Below, piece by piece: positions 38,093 to 46,496 of a DNA stretch of 64,000 bases. Position numbers and translations under genes: made by a program. The stretch is from a virus. Location: positions 1-64,000 of IMG/VR virus record IMGVR_UViG_3300027754_000047; one strand, written 5' to 3'. Each line of letters begins with the position of its first letter. Within the stretch, counting starts at the first letter, position 1. Below the pieces are notes generated by a model, which worked only from the letters and a program-made list of their open reading frames with translations, was not told where the DNA came from and ran no database searches.

Positions 38093-39235
38093 CTAGAATC
38101 CTAATTTACCTAAGTTTATCAAAGTACCTAAGGCTGCACCGGTGCCTTGTAACACGTTCTGCTCCATAGGGCTGACATTCATAAACAGCCCAATACCTTT
38201 AGCGGCAACAGCACCTGCAACGGCTCCAGCTCCAGCTCCAATAGCTGCCTTAGCTAGATCCCCTACGGTAAACCAAGGTCTACTACCAGTGTTAGCTGCT
38301 GCTTGCATCAATCCAGCAGCTTGTCCGTGATCTATATAACCGCTGTATAACTGCTCAGCAGCTAAATCTGCTAAATGCATTTTATTAATAGGCAAGTCTA
38401 AATTAATGAAAGCTGCTTTAACCGGAGCTGCAGGTAACGGTAAGTTATATGCTTTGTTCTGATATTGGGCTTTAAATGCCGCGCTATCTGCGTCGGAATA
38501 GGATTCATTAGGCCTTGCACTAAAGTTATTTATTTCTGCGAAAGTATTAGGTAGATTGGCTAACCAAGGAGCTCCCATTCCGGCCATAGCGGCAATACCG
38601 GCTAAGGCTCCACCCTTACCCTCAAACCGCTCAGGGAATAAATACTGCAGTATGGGAATACTCGCTAAACCTAAACCCGTTAAACCAGCTCCGGTAACTA
38701 GATTACCTAATCGTTGTTGATTAGCTCCGCTAACTCCTTCGTCGTACCAGACTCCAGGGCGGTAGCCTAAGTATTTAGGTAAATCTGCGCTAAAGGCTGC
38801 GTGCTTACTTAAATGGTAAGCAGCGGTTGCTGGGTAGGTTGCACTCCAAGGAGTTTGATTTTCAGCTGCTTCTCCCACTTCTTTGGTAGCATTAGTAAGG
38901 TCTGCTTTCATTTGGCTGGCTTGGCTTTTCATCTTAGAGTAGCTACCTTTACCTCCCCCTTTAAAATTAGCCATACCTCTACCAGGCCCCATAGCCTTTA
39001 ACTTAGCCTGCTTACTACCAATGGCAGTACCGTTAATAACTTGCTCAGGTAGGTGCATTCGAAAACCAGTAGGAGTATGAGTAACGCCAACTATGCCGTC
39101 AGCCTCAGAATCAACTATAAACTCGCTAGGACTCTGCATAATAAGTCCTCGCATAATTAAATGCTTTTTATCATAGTCCTTAGTATCTGAGTAAGCTTTA
39201 GCGTTTTTTAAATCTTTAAGTTTAGATTTAACCAT
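38093..39235 (-). CDS. Multi-domain glycine-zipper putative virion protein
   Basis: Domains delimited by KQAK, KHAA and KAAF; GxxxG helices. Confidence 0.7.
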   Translation of the reverse strand: MVKSKLKDLKNAKAYSDTKDYDKKHLIMRGLIMQSPSEFIVDSEADGIVGVTHTPTGFRMHLPEQVINGTAIGSKQAKLKAMGPGRGMANFKGGGKGSYSKMKSQASQMKADLTNATKEVGEAAENQTPWSATYPATAAYHLSKHAAFSADLPKYLGYRPGVWYDEGVSGANQQRLGNLVTGAGLTGLGLASIPILQYLFPERFEGKGGALAGIAAMAGMGAPWLANLPNTFAEINNFSARPNESYSDADSAAFKAQYQNKAYNLPLPAAPVKAAFINLDLPINKMHLADLAAEQLYSGYIDHGQAAGLMQAAANTGSRPWFTVGDLAKAAIGAGAGAVAGAVAAKGIGLFMNVSPMEQNVLQGTGAALGTLINLGKLGF

Positions 39236-40668
39236 TAAAGCGCTCCACTAGGTTTGGCGTCAGAGCCTGGTATTGATTCAAAACTACTAGGAGCTGTTTT
39301 GGCAGTATGGTAGGTTGAAGGAGTTGCAGCGGCTTGAGGAGCAAGGCCTACTCGATTAACAATAGAGTCGTGCAATGCCTGGGCTTTGGCAGGATCCTTG
39401 GCATACAACTCACTAAGTGTAGCGGTATACTGCTCAGGATGCAAAATTAACTGGCTAGCAAGTACGTAGTTAGGATCTGAGGGATTCCAGTCTTTAATAA
39501 CTTGAAGGCGTGGATCATTTGGATTTGCGTAATTTTCCAATTCGCTTTGAATACTAGCTACTTGAGCTTTATTTGCGTTAAAAGCTTTAGCTAGTTCTCT
39601 AGGATATTTCTGATCGCGATAAGACTTTCCTTGATAAGGATTTAAATTATTTAGGAAGTTTCCAAAGCGCCCTAATGTGTTAAAAATAGGCGATTGCTGG
39701 GCTCCGTAGGCATCAACCTGCGGCTGATACCTAGCATACTCCTCAGGATCGGAGGAGTTTGCTTGTGTATTTAATTCCTCAGTCTGTTCGGGAGTTAATT
39801 GAGATCGAATATCTCGTTCGTCAGGTTTTAGGCCGCCGAGGAAAGTGGAACCCACGAACCCAATAGGGCCTAAAGGAGAGACAGGAGTTCCACTAGCTAA
39901 CCCTTTAACTCCTTCAACGGCACCACTAAGCAAACTACCTGTATCTTGGTAAGCATCACTTGCAGAACCAATAGCATTACCCCAAAGATCTACTCCCATG
40001 CTGCCTGTTATGGCTGGAACCCCTAAATTAGTTACAGCTTTTTCCATGTTGCTACCAAAACCAGCTGCCTGATCCCATGGCTGCTTTAGGTATTGCATTA
40101 ACGCTCTAGGGTCTTGTATCCACTGCCTACCAGGGATTAATACATCTCTACCAAAGTTGTATGTGTTATTAAGAGCATTACGCCCTTGTTGAACAGCAAA
40201 GTTAACTGCTTGTTGAGTTCTAGGGTGATTGACCACGCCGGTTGCTGCTGTGGCTATAGGAGCCCCAAGCCTTACCGCTGTACCTGCTAGCGCTGATCCT
40301 GCGGCAGGTACAGCGTTAAGAGCGGCGCTACCCCCTGCTAACATTGCGGGCGCTGCTAAGGCGACGCCTGCGGCTCCGCCGGCTAAACCAGAAACGCCTG
40401 TAGATATGGCAGCAGCGTCTAACAGTTTATCATTCTGGTAATATAGGGGTTGCTTAGTAGTACCAGGTGCAGCGTTATTAACTCTACGGACAGTATCTAG
40501 CCAAGTGGAGTCGTCAGCATAGTCTGACCCAATACGACCACCTGACCAATAATGAGCAGCACCTGTAAAAGGTTCTGCCAATTGATTACCAAACGCAGCC
40601 AACGAACTAGGTGGGGCGGCTGCTCGTTTATTTAAAACAGAAAGAATGGGATACAGTCGAATATCCAT
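39235..40668 (-). CDS. Putative virion protein, paralogous N-domain to 28400-29557
   Basis: MDIRL...NKRAA leader; FGNQLAEPFTGAA domain. Confidence 0.7.
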   Translation of the reverse strand: MDIRLYPILSVLNKRAAAPPSSLAAFGNQLAEPFTGAAHYWSGGRIGSDYADDSTWLDTVRRVNNAAPGTTKQPLYYQNDKLLDAAAISTGVSGLAGGAAGVALAAPAMLAGGSAALNAVPAAGSALAGTAVRLGAPIATAATGVVNHPRTQQAVNFAVQQGRNALNNTYNFGRDVLIPGRQWIQDPRALMQYLKQPWDQAAGFGSNMEKAVTNLGVPAITGSMGVDLWGNAIGSASDAYQDTGSLLSGAVEGVKGLASGTPVSPLGPIGFVGSTFLGGLKPDERDIRSQLTPEQTEELNTQANSSDPEEYARYQPQVDAYGAQQSPIFNTLGRFGNFLNNLNPYQGKSYRDQKYPRELAKAFNANKAQVASIQSELENYANPNDPRLQVIKDWNPSDPNYVLASQLILHPEQYTATLSELYAKDPAKAQALHDSIVNRVGLAPQAAATPSTYHTAKTAPSSFESIPGSDAKPSGAL

Positions 40669-40722
40669 AGGGCTTCGTATTGTAACTGGAATACGGCTAA
40701 AATGACTGCTAAAAGGAACTAG

Positions 40723-40837
40723 GCCCTAAATCAAATGCCACGTTGCCTATACTATAGCACCTATATACACTTAGTATGGCTTAATAATTAGTATATATAG
40801 TGCTATAGTATAGGCAACGTGGCATTTGATTTAGGGC
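40723..40837. promoter_or_regulatory. Perfect 38-bp inverted repeat containing face-to-face promoter motifs
   Basis: Arms 40723-40760 and 40800-40837, each reading CTAAAT-N16-TATACT inward; lies between divergent gene blocks. Confidence 0.75.
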
Positions 40838-40915
40838 TCTCAGAGTATTTCTCTATAGAATAGGCAGTTAGCGGAGCAAGGTAAGCTTACATTAATTTGT
40901 GTTACAATTACCAGC

Positions 40916-41302
40916 ATGAAACCAGAATCCACCCCGTTCCTCAAGTTAGCAGAATTAATCGCTAGTGCAGCCTTGGAAGGTTGCGAAAAGGAGTATTCAA
41001 AGAAGACAGTTAAGGATCGCAGTAGTCGAGTTCAAGCTCGACGAGATATGATTCAGCGCCGAGGAGCTGCTGCAGTCAAGGGTAAGGATATTGAGCATAA
41101 AGATGGAAATCCTCGAAACAACAGTCCATCAAATTTAACCTTACGTAGTCGGGCAGCTAACAGATCTGACAACGGCCATCGTAAGGGTGAGCCGTACGCT
41201 AAGGCTAAGAAGGGTATCACTAACACTTACAAAAGAGCTATGGCTTTGCCGGGAGTATTATTTCGTTTAGCTACTAAGTTTGGAGGAAATAATGACAGCT
41301 GA
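40916..41302 (+). CDS. Small HNH-motif protein
   Basis: GKDIEHKDGNPRNNSPSNL...ANRS. Confidence 0.7.
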   Translation: MKPESTPFLKLAELIASAALEGCEKEYSKKTVKDRSSRVQARRDMIQRRGAAAVKGKDIEHKDGNPRNNSPSNLTLRSRAANRSDNGHRKGEPYAKAKKGITNTYKRAMALPGVLFRLATKFGGNNDS

Positions 41303-41726
41303 ATTGTGGTCGATGTTAGGCGGCTCCGTGGTAGGATTCTTATTTCGTTATTTAGCTGAGAAGCGCCAAAATGAAAAAGAACTATTTGAACGTTTAATTA
41401 AACTTAATCAAGCCACTACCGACAATTACAACGCAGCAGCCCAACGAGTGCCTGTAGATTTAGGTAAAAACATTAGACAGATTATTGTTTTGACTATACT
41501 GTTTGGCACTTTGATTGCTCCTTTTATCTTACCCTTTTTTGGGGTGCCTACTTTTGTAGAAGTAGATACCGTCACTCCTGGTGGCCCCTTTGGTTTAATT
41601 GCGTCTGTAGCTAAGAAGTACTTTGTAGAGATTAACGGTTTCTTGTATACTAGTGAGAATCGCCAGATCTTGGTAGCGGTAGTTGGTTTCTATTTTGGCT
41701 CAGCCGCAGCCTCAAATAAAAGTTAA
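41292..41726 (+). CDS. Holin-like membrane protein (about 3 TM)
   Basis: GGAGG RBS; MLGGSVVGFLF, IIVLTILFGTLIAPFILPFFG and VAVVGFYFG. Confidence 0.6.
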   Translation: MTAELWSMLGGSVVGFLFRYLAEKRQNEKELFERLIKLNQATTDNYNAAAQRVPVDLGKNIRQIIVLTILFGTLIAPFILPFFGVPTFVEVDTVTPGGPFGLIASVAKKYFVEINGFLYTSENRQILVAVVGFYFGSAAASNKS

Positions 41727-41737
41727 AGGAGTTTACT

Positions 41738-42037
41738 ATGCCTAATGTAATTACTTGGATCAAATACACCTTGAGTCACGCCTTTAGTAGTACAAGTCTT
41801 TTGTTATACTTAGTTTGTATCTTAGGTTTTTTGGCTGCTTGTAATGCTGCTCCGGAATTAGTTCCAGCCAGCCCGATACCTAACGTTGTTATTGAACGCA
41901 TTAAAGACAATATTGCCAACCCTGGCCCAACTACAAATAGTTACGTTTGGTTGTGGGTGTGGATTCCAGCAGTAGGCTTAGTAGGCACATGGGCAGTTAA
42001 GACTTTATTCTTTGCCAAGCCTAAAGCTGACGTTTAA
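41738..42037 (+). CDS. Putative lipoprotein with a C-terminal TM segment (u-spanin-like topology)
   Basis: Lipobox LAAC after a hydrophobic stretch; C-terminal VWLWVWIPAVGLVGTWAV. Confidence 0.5.
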   Translation: MPNVITWIKYTLSHAFSSTSLLLYLVCILGFLAACNAAPELVPASPIPNVVIERIKDNIANPGPTTNSYVWLWVWIPAVGLVGTWAVKTLFFAKPKADV

Positions 42038-42064
42038 CTTAACTCTTATTAAAAAGGAGTACTT

Positions 42065-42427
42065 ATGCAAATCTATAATCACTTACGCCCTCAGTTAGTA
42101 GCCAACATTAAACAAGCCTCATTGATGGGTATGGAGAATCCTACGGCAGGCGGAGTACTTGGCGGCTTGGGGGGTGCCGGCCTAGGTGCTGGCTTATTAC
42201 ACCTTTTAGCAGCTGATGATAAGAAGACTTTAATGAACTACTTAATGGCTGCCGGTGGTGGTGGTTTAGCTGGTGCCGGAGTTGGCGTCGGCGCAGGTAA
42301 GCTTAAAGATTCATTTGACTTTGTAGCTAAAGAAAAAGAACAAGGTAACGCTGACGGCGACTCTGGTACTGCTGCTAAACAGGAAACAGATAAAGCTAAT
42401 AAAGAACTAGAAGCAGCTAAAAAGTAA
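42065..42427 (+). CDS. Glycine-zipper putative virion protein
   Basis: NIKQAS leader and a Gly-zipper hairpin. Confidence 0.7.
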   Translation: MQIYNHLRPQLVANIKQASLMGMENPTAGGVLGGLGGAGLGAGLLHLLAADDKKTLMNYLMAAGGGGLAGAGVGVGAGKLKDSFDFVAKEKEQGNADGDSGTAAKQETDKANKELEAAKK

Positions 42428-42437
42428 ATCCTTTTAA

Positions 42438-42483
42438 TAGCTAAAAGAAAACAAGCCCCAAGGTTTTAACCTGGGGCTTGTTT
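42438..42483. terminator. Bidirectional terminator with a TTTAGCTA tail on the minus strand
   Basis: AAACAAGCCCCA/TGGGGCTTGTTT stem between convergent genes. Confidence 0.8.
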
Positions 42484-42502
42484 ATTATGTGATTATGGGT
42501 AT

Positions 42503-43960
42503 TCAGTCTCGCAACGCAGCAGGGCTGCGGCGGCGAATCTGAGGCACTTGTTGAACTTCTTCCGGCAAGTTGTACTCATGCGCTGCCACCTCAATGGCCT
42601 GGGCCAAGATAGTAGCAGCCTTTTCTCGCTCCGAGTTATGAGTCCTCGGTGCTCGGTTTACCAGCTTCAGCTGAAGGCGCATAGCCTCGAAGGCCTCCAT
42701 GATGTCCTCTGGCAACACCACGTTGCGGTCTGCTAGTTGAGCAAGAATAGCGGCTGCAACGCCGATCTGCACCACGGTGCTTGGGTTCTGGTGCCCGCAA
42801 GTCTGCAGCTTGTCTAACCAAGTGTTGGTGTCCACTTTGGTGGTCAAATTACAAACTCTACCCAACAAACGCAGGCTAGCTTCTGGAGCTAAAGGCTCCA
42901 TCTCAATCAAGCTATTCATTCTGCCTGGTCGAAGGAATACAGGCAGAATGCGCTCGGTATCGTTGACCGTAAAGATGGTCATCAACGAGCGACCCTTGGT
43001 GCTGACGCCGTCCAGGACGTTCGTCAAGTTGTCTTGGCGAATGGTACGCTCATCGTTCTCGGACTCCATCAAACGATTCACGTCTTCCACTACTAGGATG
43101 GCCGGTTCATACTGCTGAGCCCACTCGTTACCAAACTCAAGATCGCGAGCATCTTTGATGAAGATGCAAGTGATGCCTCGGCTGCTTGCTTCGGCCATTA
43201 CTGCATTTACCAAAGCAGACTTACCGGTACCGTAACCGCCAACCAACATGTGGTTGGATTGAAAACGGACTGCACCTGCTGCGCCCTTCAACACATCTTG
43301 CCGGCGCAAACGCTGCAAGATTTGCGTGTTGATTCGCTTCTCTGTTGCAGGGTTGAAGACCAGGTCTTCGAGGACTCCCTTGCAGTCCTCGTATTTTGCC
43401 ACGTGTCGCGCATGGTTGAAGGCAGTCCCTTCACCTCTACGGTAAGGGAACTCAATTGAAACAATCGTCCCCTTCACCTTAGAGTGAATGCCGGTTGCGA
43501 TGTTTCCTCGCAACGTTGCTTCAAACTGCTCCACAATGCGAGTCAACAGGCCAGGTGCTTTAATGCGCAACCGCAAGTAAGGCTCGTCTGTGTATTCTGC
43601 TTGCTCCAGGCTGGCCTGGATGCTTATGTTGTATTTTCCACCGTCTTCAGCAGAGACGACTTTTAATTCAATCCAACTGCCGATTGGCACTTGCACTGTC
43701 TGACCCTTATTTTGGATAGACAGTTTGCTTGCCCCTGCAGGGACTATCGGAACGCAATCCAACTGGTGGATTGTTGCCCAATAGCTTAGAAGGGCATCTT
43801 CGAAGTAAATGCCCGTCAACTGCACATATGTGTTGACCATTTCTTCTTGGCTGGCCACGTATGCCGCCAATGCTGCTGATGTTGCCTTCAGGCCAAAGCC
43901 TGTTGGCGCCTGAACCCCAATGTGGTTCGGGGTATGCTGCTGAAACTTGACTTCATTCAT
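42503..43960 (-). CDS. AAA+ ATPase
   Basis: Walker A GGYGTGKS, Walker B ILVVED, LDG, FTVN and RPGR. Confidence 0.85.
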   Translation of the reverse strand: MNEVKFQQHTPNHIGVQAPTGFGLKATSAALAAYVASQEEMVNTYVQLTGIYFEDALLSYWATIHQLDCVPIVPAGASKLSIQNKGQTVQVPIGSWIELKVVSAEDGGKYNISIQASLEQAEYTDEPYLRLRIKAPGLLTRIVEQFEATLRGNIATGIHSKVKGTIVSIEFPYRRGEGTAFNHARHVAKYEDCKGVLEDLVFNPATEKRINTQILQRLRRQDVLKGAAGAVRFQSNHMLVGGYGTGKSALVNAVMAEASSRGITCIFIKDARDLEFGNEWAQQYEPAILVVEDVNRLMESENDERTIRQDNLTNVLDGVSTKGRSLMTIFTVNDTERILPVFLRPGRMNSLIEMEPLAPEASLRLLGRVCNLTTKVDTNTWLDKLQTCGHQNPSTVVQIGVAAAILAQLADRNVVLPEDIMEAFEAMRLQLKLVNRAPRTHNSEREKAATILAQAIEVAAHEYNLPEEVQQVPQIRRRSPAALRD

Positions 43961-44016
43961 CTCGGATTTTTCCTCTGAAAAGACATTTTATCAATATCAA
44001 TATGAACCGCCTATGT

Positions 44017-44045
44017 ATATTAACCAATATTAGGGGCTAATTTAA
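44017..44045 (-). promoter_or_regulatory. Phage promoter motif TTAAAT-N17-TAATAT
   Basis: Sits between a terminator and the AAA gene. Confidence 0.6.
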
Positions 44046-44055
44046 CAAACATAAA

Positions 44056-44103
44056 TAGCTAAAGAAATAGCCGGGACCAAGGGTTTCCCCCTGATCCCGG
44101 CTA
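44056..44103 (-). terminator. Terminator with a TTTAGCTA tail
   Basis: TAGCCGGGA/TCCCGGCTA stem. Confidence 0.75.
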
Positions 44104-44112
44104 CGAAATGAA

Positions 44113-44409
44113 TCATTCAGCACAATGCACTAGCGAAAATGCTAGTGCATATGCAGCTGGCGCTGCCACCGGGGCCCAATAAGCCCTTACTTCGGTTATG
44201 ACATACACCATACTGGATCTCTTTCCATCCCGCAGGTGGTGCCTGTCCAAGATAACCTCATATCGATCATCCAGGATGTCGTCCAACCTGTCTGCTGTCT
44301 TTACCAACAACCCTAGCTTGCAGCAGGGAGACGCGCCCTGGTTGTTACCCACCGCTATGTAGCGGTGTAGTGGCTCCATCAATAGAAGCGTAGGCGTATC
44401 CGTTGTCAC
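44113..44409 (-). CDS. Hypothetical protein
   Basis: Probable GTG start overlapping the lysozyme stop, after GGAGG. Confidence 0.5.
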   Translation of the reverse strand: MTTDTPTLLLMEPLHRYIAVGNNQGASPCCKLGLLVKTADRLDDILDDRYEVILDRHHLRDGKRSSMVYVITEVRAYWAPVAAPAAYALAFSLVHCAE

Positions 44410-44822
44410 GGTGCCTCCAGTGCAGCCTGCACCTTGGCCCAATAACCCAAGGTAGCATTCTTGCGGTGCCCCTTAGGGCCGCCGTTATGCTGCCTTGCCA
44501 GCACTTCCATGCTCGCGTTCTTCGGCGCATAGCGCCGAAGGTAGGCCTTTACCACTTTCGTGGCGTAGGCCTTATCCTTACAATCGGCATACGTGCCGCC
44601 GATTGATTTGTCATACTGGGTCGCGTCAACCCAGTATGCCTTATGGATTTGGTAAGGCCCAATAGCCTTACCTTTGTCTCCGACCGCATTCGCGGGGTCG
44701 GCTTCGCCGCCAGTCTCCACCTGGCAAATGGCCTGGACTAATCGGTCCAGGTCGATGTCACTCACTTGCGCCTTCGCCTGGCTACAAGCCAAGGTAAGGA
44801 CAACCAATAAGATTCGGAGCAT
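44406..44822 (-). CDS. Secreted invertebrate-type (destabilase-like) lysozyme-fold muralytic enzyme
   Basis: Signal peptide; AICQVETGG, GDKGKAIGPYQIHKAYWVDA and LARQHNGGP. Confidence 0.8.
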   Translation of the reverse strand: MLRILLVVLTLACSQAKAQVSDIDLDRLVQAICQVETGGEADPANAVGDKGKAIGPYQIHKAYWVDATQYDKSIGGTYADCKDKAYATKVVKAYLRRYAPKNASMEVLARQHNGGPKGHRKNATLGYWAKVQAALEAP

Positions 44823-44863
44823 TTCGTTACTCCCTTTCTTGTTTGTTGTTTCCGTGCAAATCC

Positions 44864-45541
44864 CTACGGAACGTCCGTAGGGTTACAAATTTGTTGTTTC
44901 TTTCGCGGGGCGCGAATACGGCGCACGCAACCCTTACGCCATCTAGCAGCAGTTGCCTTGCCGTCAAGGTTAACCCAGCTGTAGCTATTATCTTGCGCTT
45001 GCACTGCTTTACCTACTTCCCGCAGGGCTTCGTTGCTAAGCATGCAAATGTATCCTTTGGACCCGTCGATTCTTACTGCAACTTGTTTTTGCATCAGGTC
45101 CTCAATGTACAAAGCCTCTAACACCCAGCGCTGGTCTGGGTAAAGGTGAGCTTGATCTAACAGCTCTTTCAATTCCTCTTTATGAGGAACCTTTTTGGCT
45201 TGAGGGTCCCAAACGCATTTTGTTTTCATTTCGCTCAGCACCTTAACTGCATCAAAAGACAAAAACTTAGGCCTAGTTCGGTAATGAGTTCCTTGCCTAC
45301 CGTAAGTTTTTCGTATTAGGTCCTTCACGCAAAAGATGCTTTTGCGGGGAGCGAAGCTTAAATCTTTACCCACCCCCATTAGTTGCATGATGGCGTCATG
45401 GGCTGCTGATTCCGCATCCACTAAGGGGTCGTCTACTCGGCCTACTCTTTTAAGGTACTTCCGGCAAAGAAAGCAGCTTATGCGAATAGCCTTTTTGATA
45501 TTAGCCTCGGAATAATCTGGGGCTTCTATTACTGCTTCCAT
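44864..45541 (-). CDS. Sigma70-family (FliA/WhiG-like) sigma factor-like protein
   Basis: Region-4-like LYPDQRWVLEALYIEDLMQKQVAVRIDGSKGYICMLSNEALREV; degenerate region 2 DAESAAHDAIMQL...FA...IFCVKDLIRK. Confidence 0.65.
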   Translation of the reverse strand: MEAVIEAPDYSEANIKKAIRISCFLCRKYLKRVGRVDDPLVDAESAAHDAIMQLMGVGKDLSFAPRKSIFCVKDLIRKTYGRQGTHYRTRPKFLSFDAVKVLSEMKTKCVWDPQAKKVPHKEELKELLDQAHLYPDQRWVLEALYIEDLMQKQVAVRIDGSKGYICMLSNEALREVGKAVQAQDNSYSWVNLDGKATAARWRKGCVRRIRAPRKKQQICNPTDVP

Positions 45542-45714
45542 TTGAGTACCGTTCTAGAGACTATGTACAGTCCTGCTAAAACAGTGCCACAAGTGATTAT
45601 GTAGCGGCCTGTAATTGCGTCGCCTTTTAGGGCTTCGATTACTCCTGCAGCTACGGGAGCTACGGCCACCCAGAACTCTGTAGTCCGAGTGCCTGATTTC
45701 ATAGTTGGGTCCAT
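45529..45714 (-). CDS. Holin-like two-TM protein
   Basis: KSGTRTTEFW followed by two hydrophobic helices ending Y.VSR..LK. Confidence 0.6.
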   Translation of the reverse strand: MDPTMKSGTRTTEFWVAVAPVAAGVIEALKGDAITGRYIITCGTVLAGLYIVSRTVLKWKQ

Positions 45715-45893
45715 TTGGAGCCTTACCGCGTTGCGGCATTAAGAGTGTATCTTATTGCCTAACTCGGCTATGAAAAGACCCCTTGATCCAATTAAGAATC
45801 AAAGGGTCCTTGAGGAGAAAGAAAGGGGCACTTAGGTTTAATCCCAAGTGCCCCCATTGGGGGAAAAGATGCAGTTGCCTTTTTCAAGGTGAA

Positions 45894-45967
45894 TGGACCG
45901 GGTGGGATTCGAACCCACGCCTTATCGATTATGAGTCGACGGCTCTAGACCACTGAGCTACCAGTCC
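45894..45967 (-). tRNA. tRNA with CAU anticodon (probably Ile2; elongator Met not excluded)
   Basis: GGACTGGTAGCTCAGTGGTCTAGAGCCGTCGACTCATAATCGATAAGGCGTGGGTTCGAATCCCACCCGGTCCA. The paired 1:72 and absence of three consecutive G-C anticodon-stem pairs argue against fMet. Confidence 0.9.
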
Positions 45968-46157
45968 AAGGTAAGGCTTTAACTAAGCTGCTGTTCATGG
46001 AATTCCAGGATTCTTTGGACTTTTAAATCCATAAGGCGTAAATCCCGGTCTTGTCGTAGGTTTTCTCTACGCTCTAGGGCAGCTTAGTTAAAGGGGTCAG
46101 GCTGAGGAGCGCTGTACTCAACTCAGCCTAATTCAGTACGATTGTTAGTCGTATATC

Positions 46158-46186
46158 ATTATAACCCGTTTATGCTAAATTTTTAG
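46158..46186 (-). promoter_or_regulatory. Phage promoter CTAAAA-N17-TATAAT
   Basis: Upstream of the structured leader and tRNA(CAU). Confidence 0.7.
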
Positions 46187-46192
46187 CTTTAA

Positions 46193-46414
46193 TTAGTCAG
46201 ATAAATCTTCATCTTCTATTAGCAATTCCAAATCTAATTCACTATTTTTATTTTGTAAATCAGGGAAACTAATGTTGGTACTCGTTTGGCTAGGCTTATT
46301 TGCTAAGTTATTGGAGTAATCAATCTGAGCTTGGGTGTAGTCTGATTGTTTAACGTATGAGGTTGACAGTATTGCCTTGTACGAAATTAGTGTTTCTTTT
46401 TTACGACGACCCAT
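46193..46414 (-). CDS. Hypothetical protein
   Basis: ORF downstream of the promoter at 46464-46492. Confidence 0.5.
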   Translation of the reverse strand: MGRRKKETLISYKAILSTSYVKQSDYTQAQIDYSNNLANKPSQTSTNISFPDLQNKNSELDLELLIEDEDLSD

Positions 46415-46463
46415 TTTGCACCTGTTAGCTAAATGAAGAGCTCTAATGAGTTCTTTCTAAGTC

Positions 46464-46492
46464 ATTATAACTTATTTTTACCGAATGTTTAG
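46464..46492 (-). promoter_or_regulatory. Phage promoter CTAAAC-N17-TATAAT
   Basis: Motif match in an intergenic region. Confidence 0.6.
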
Positions 46493-46496
46493 TGGC

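Noticed and set aside
29255-40593. Diversity-generating retroelement TR/VR pair
   Set aside because: Both copies are coding N-terminal domains, the differences I inspected are not adenine-specific, and no reverse transcriptase is in the window.
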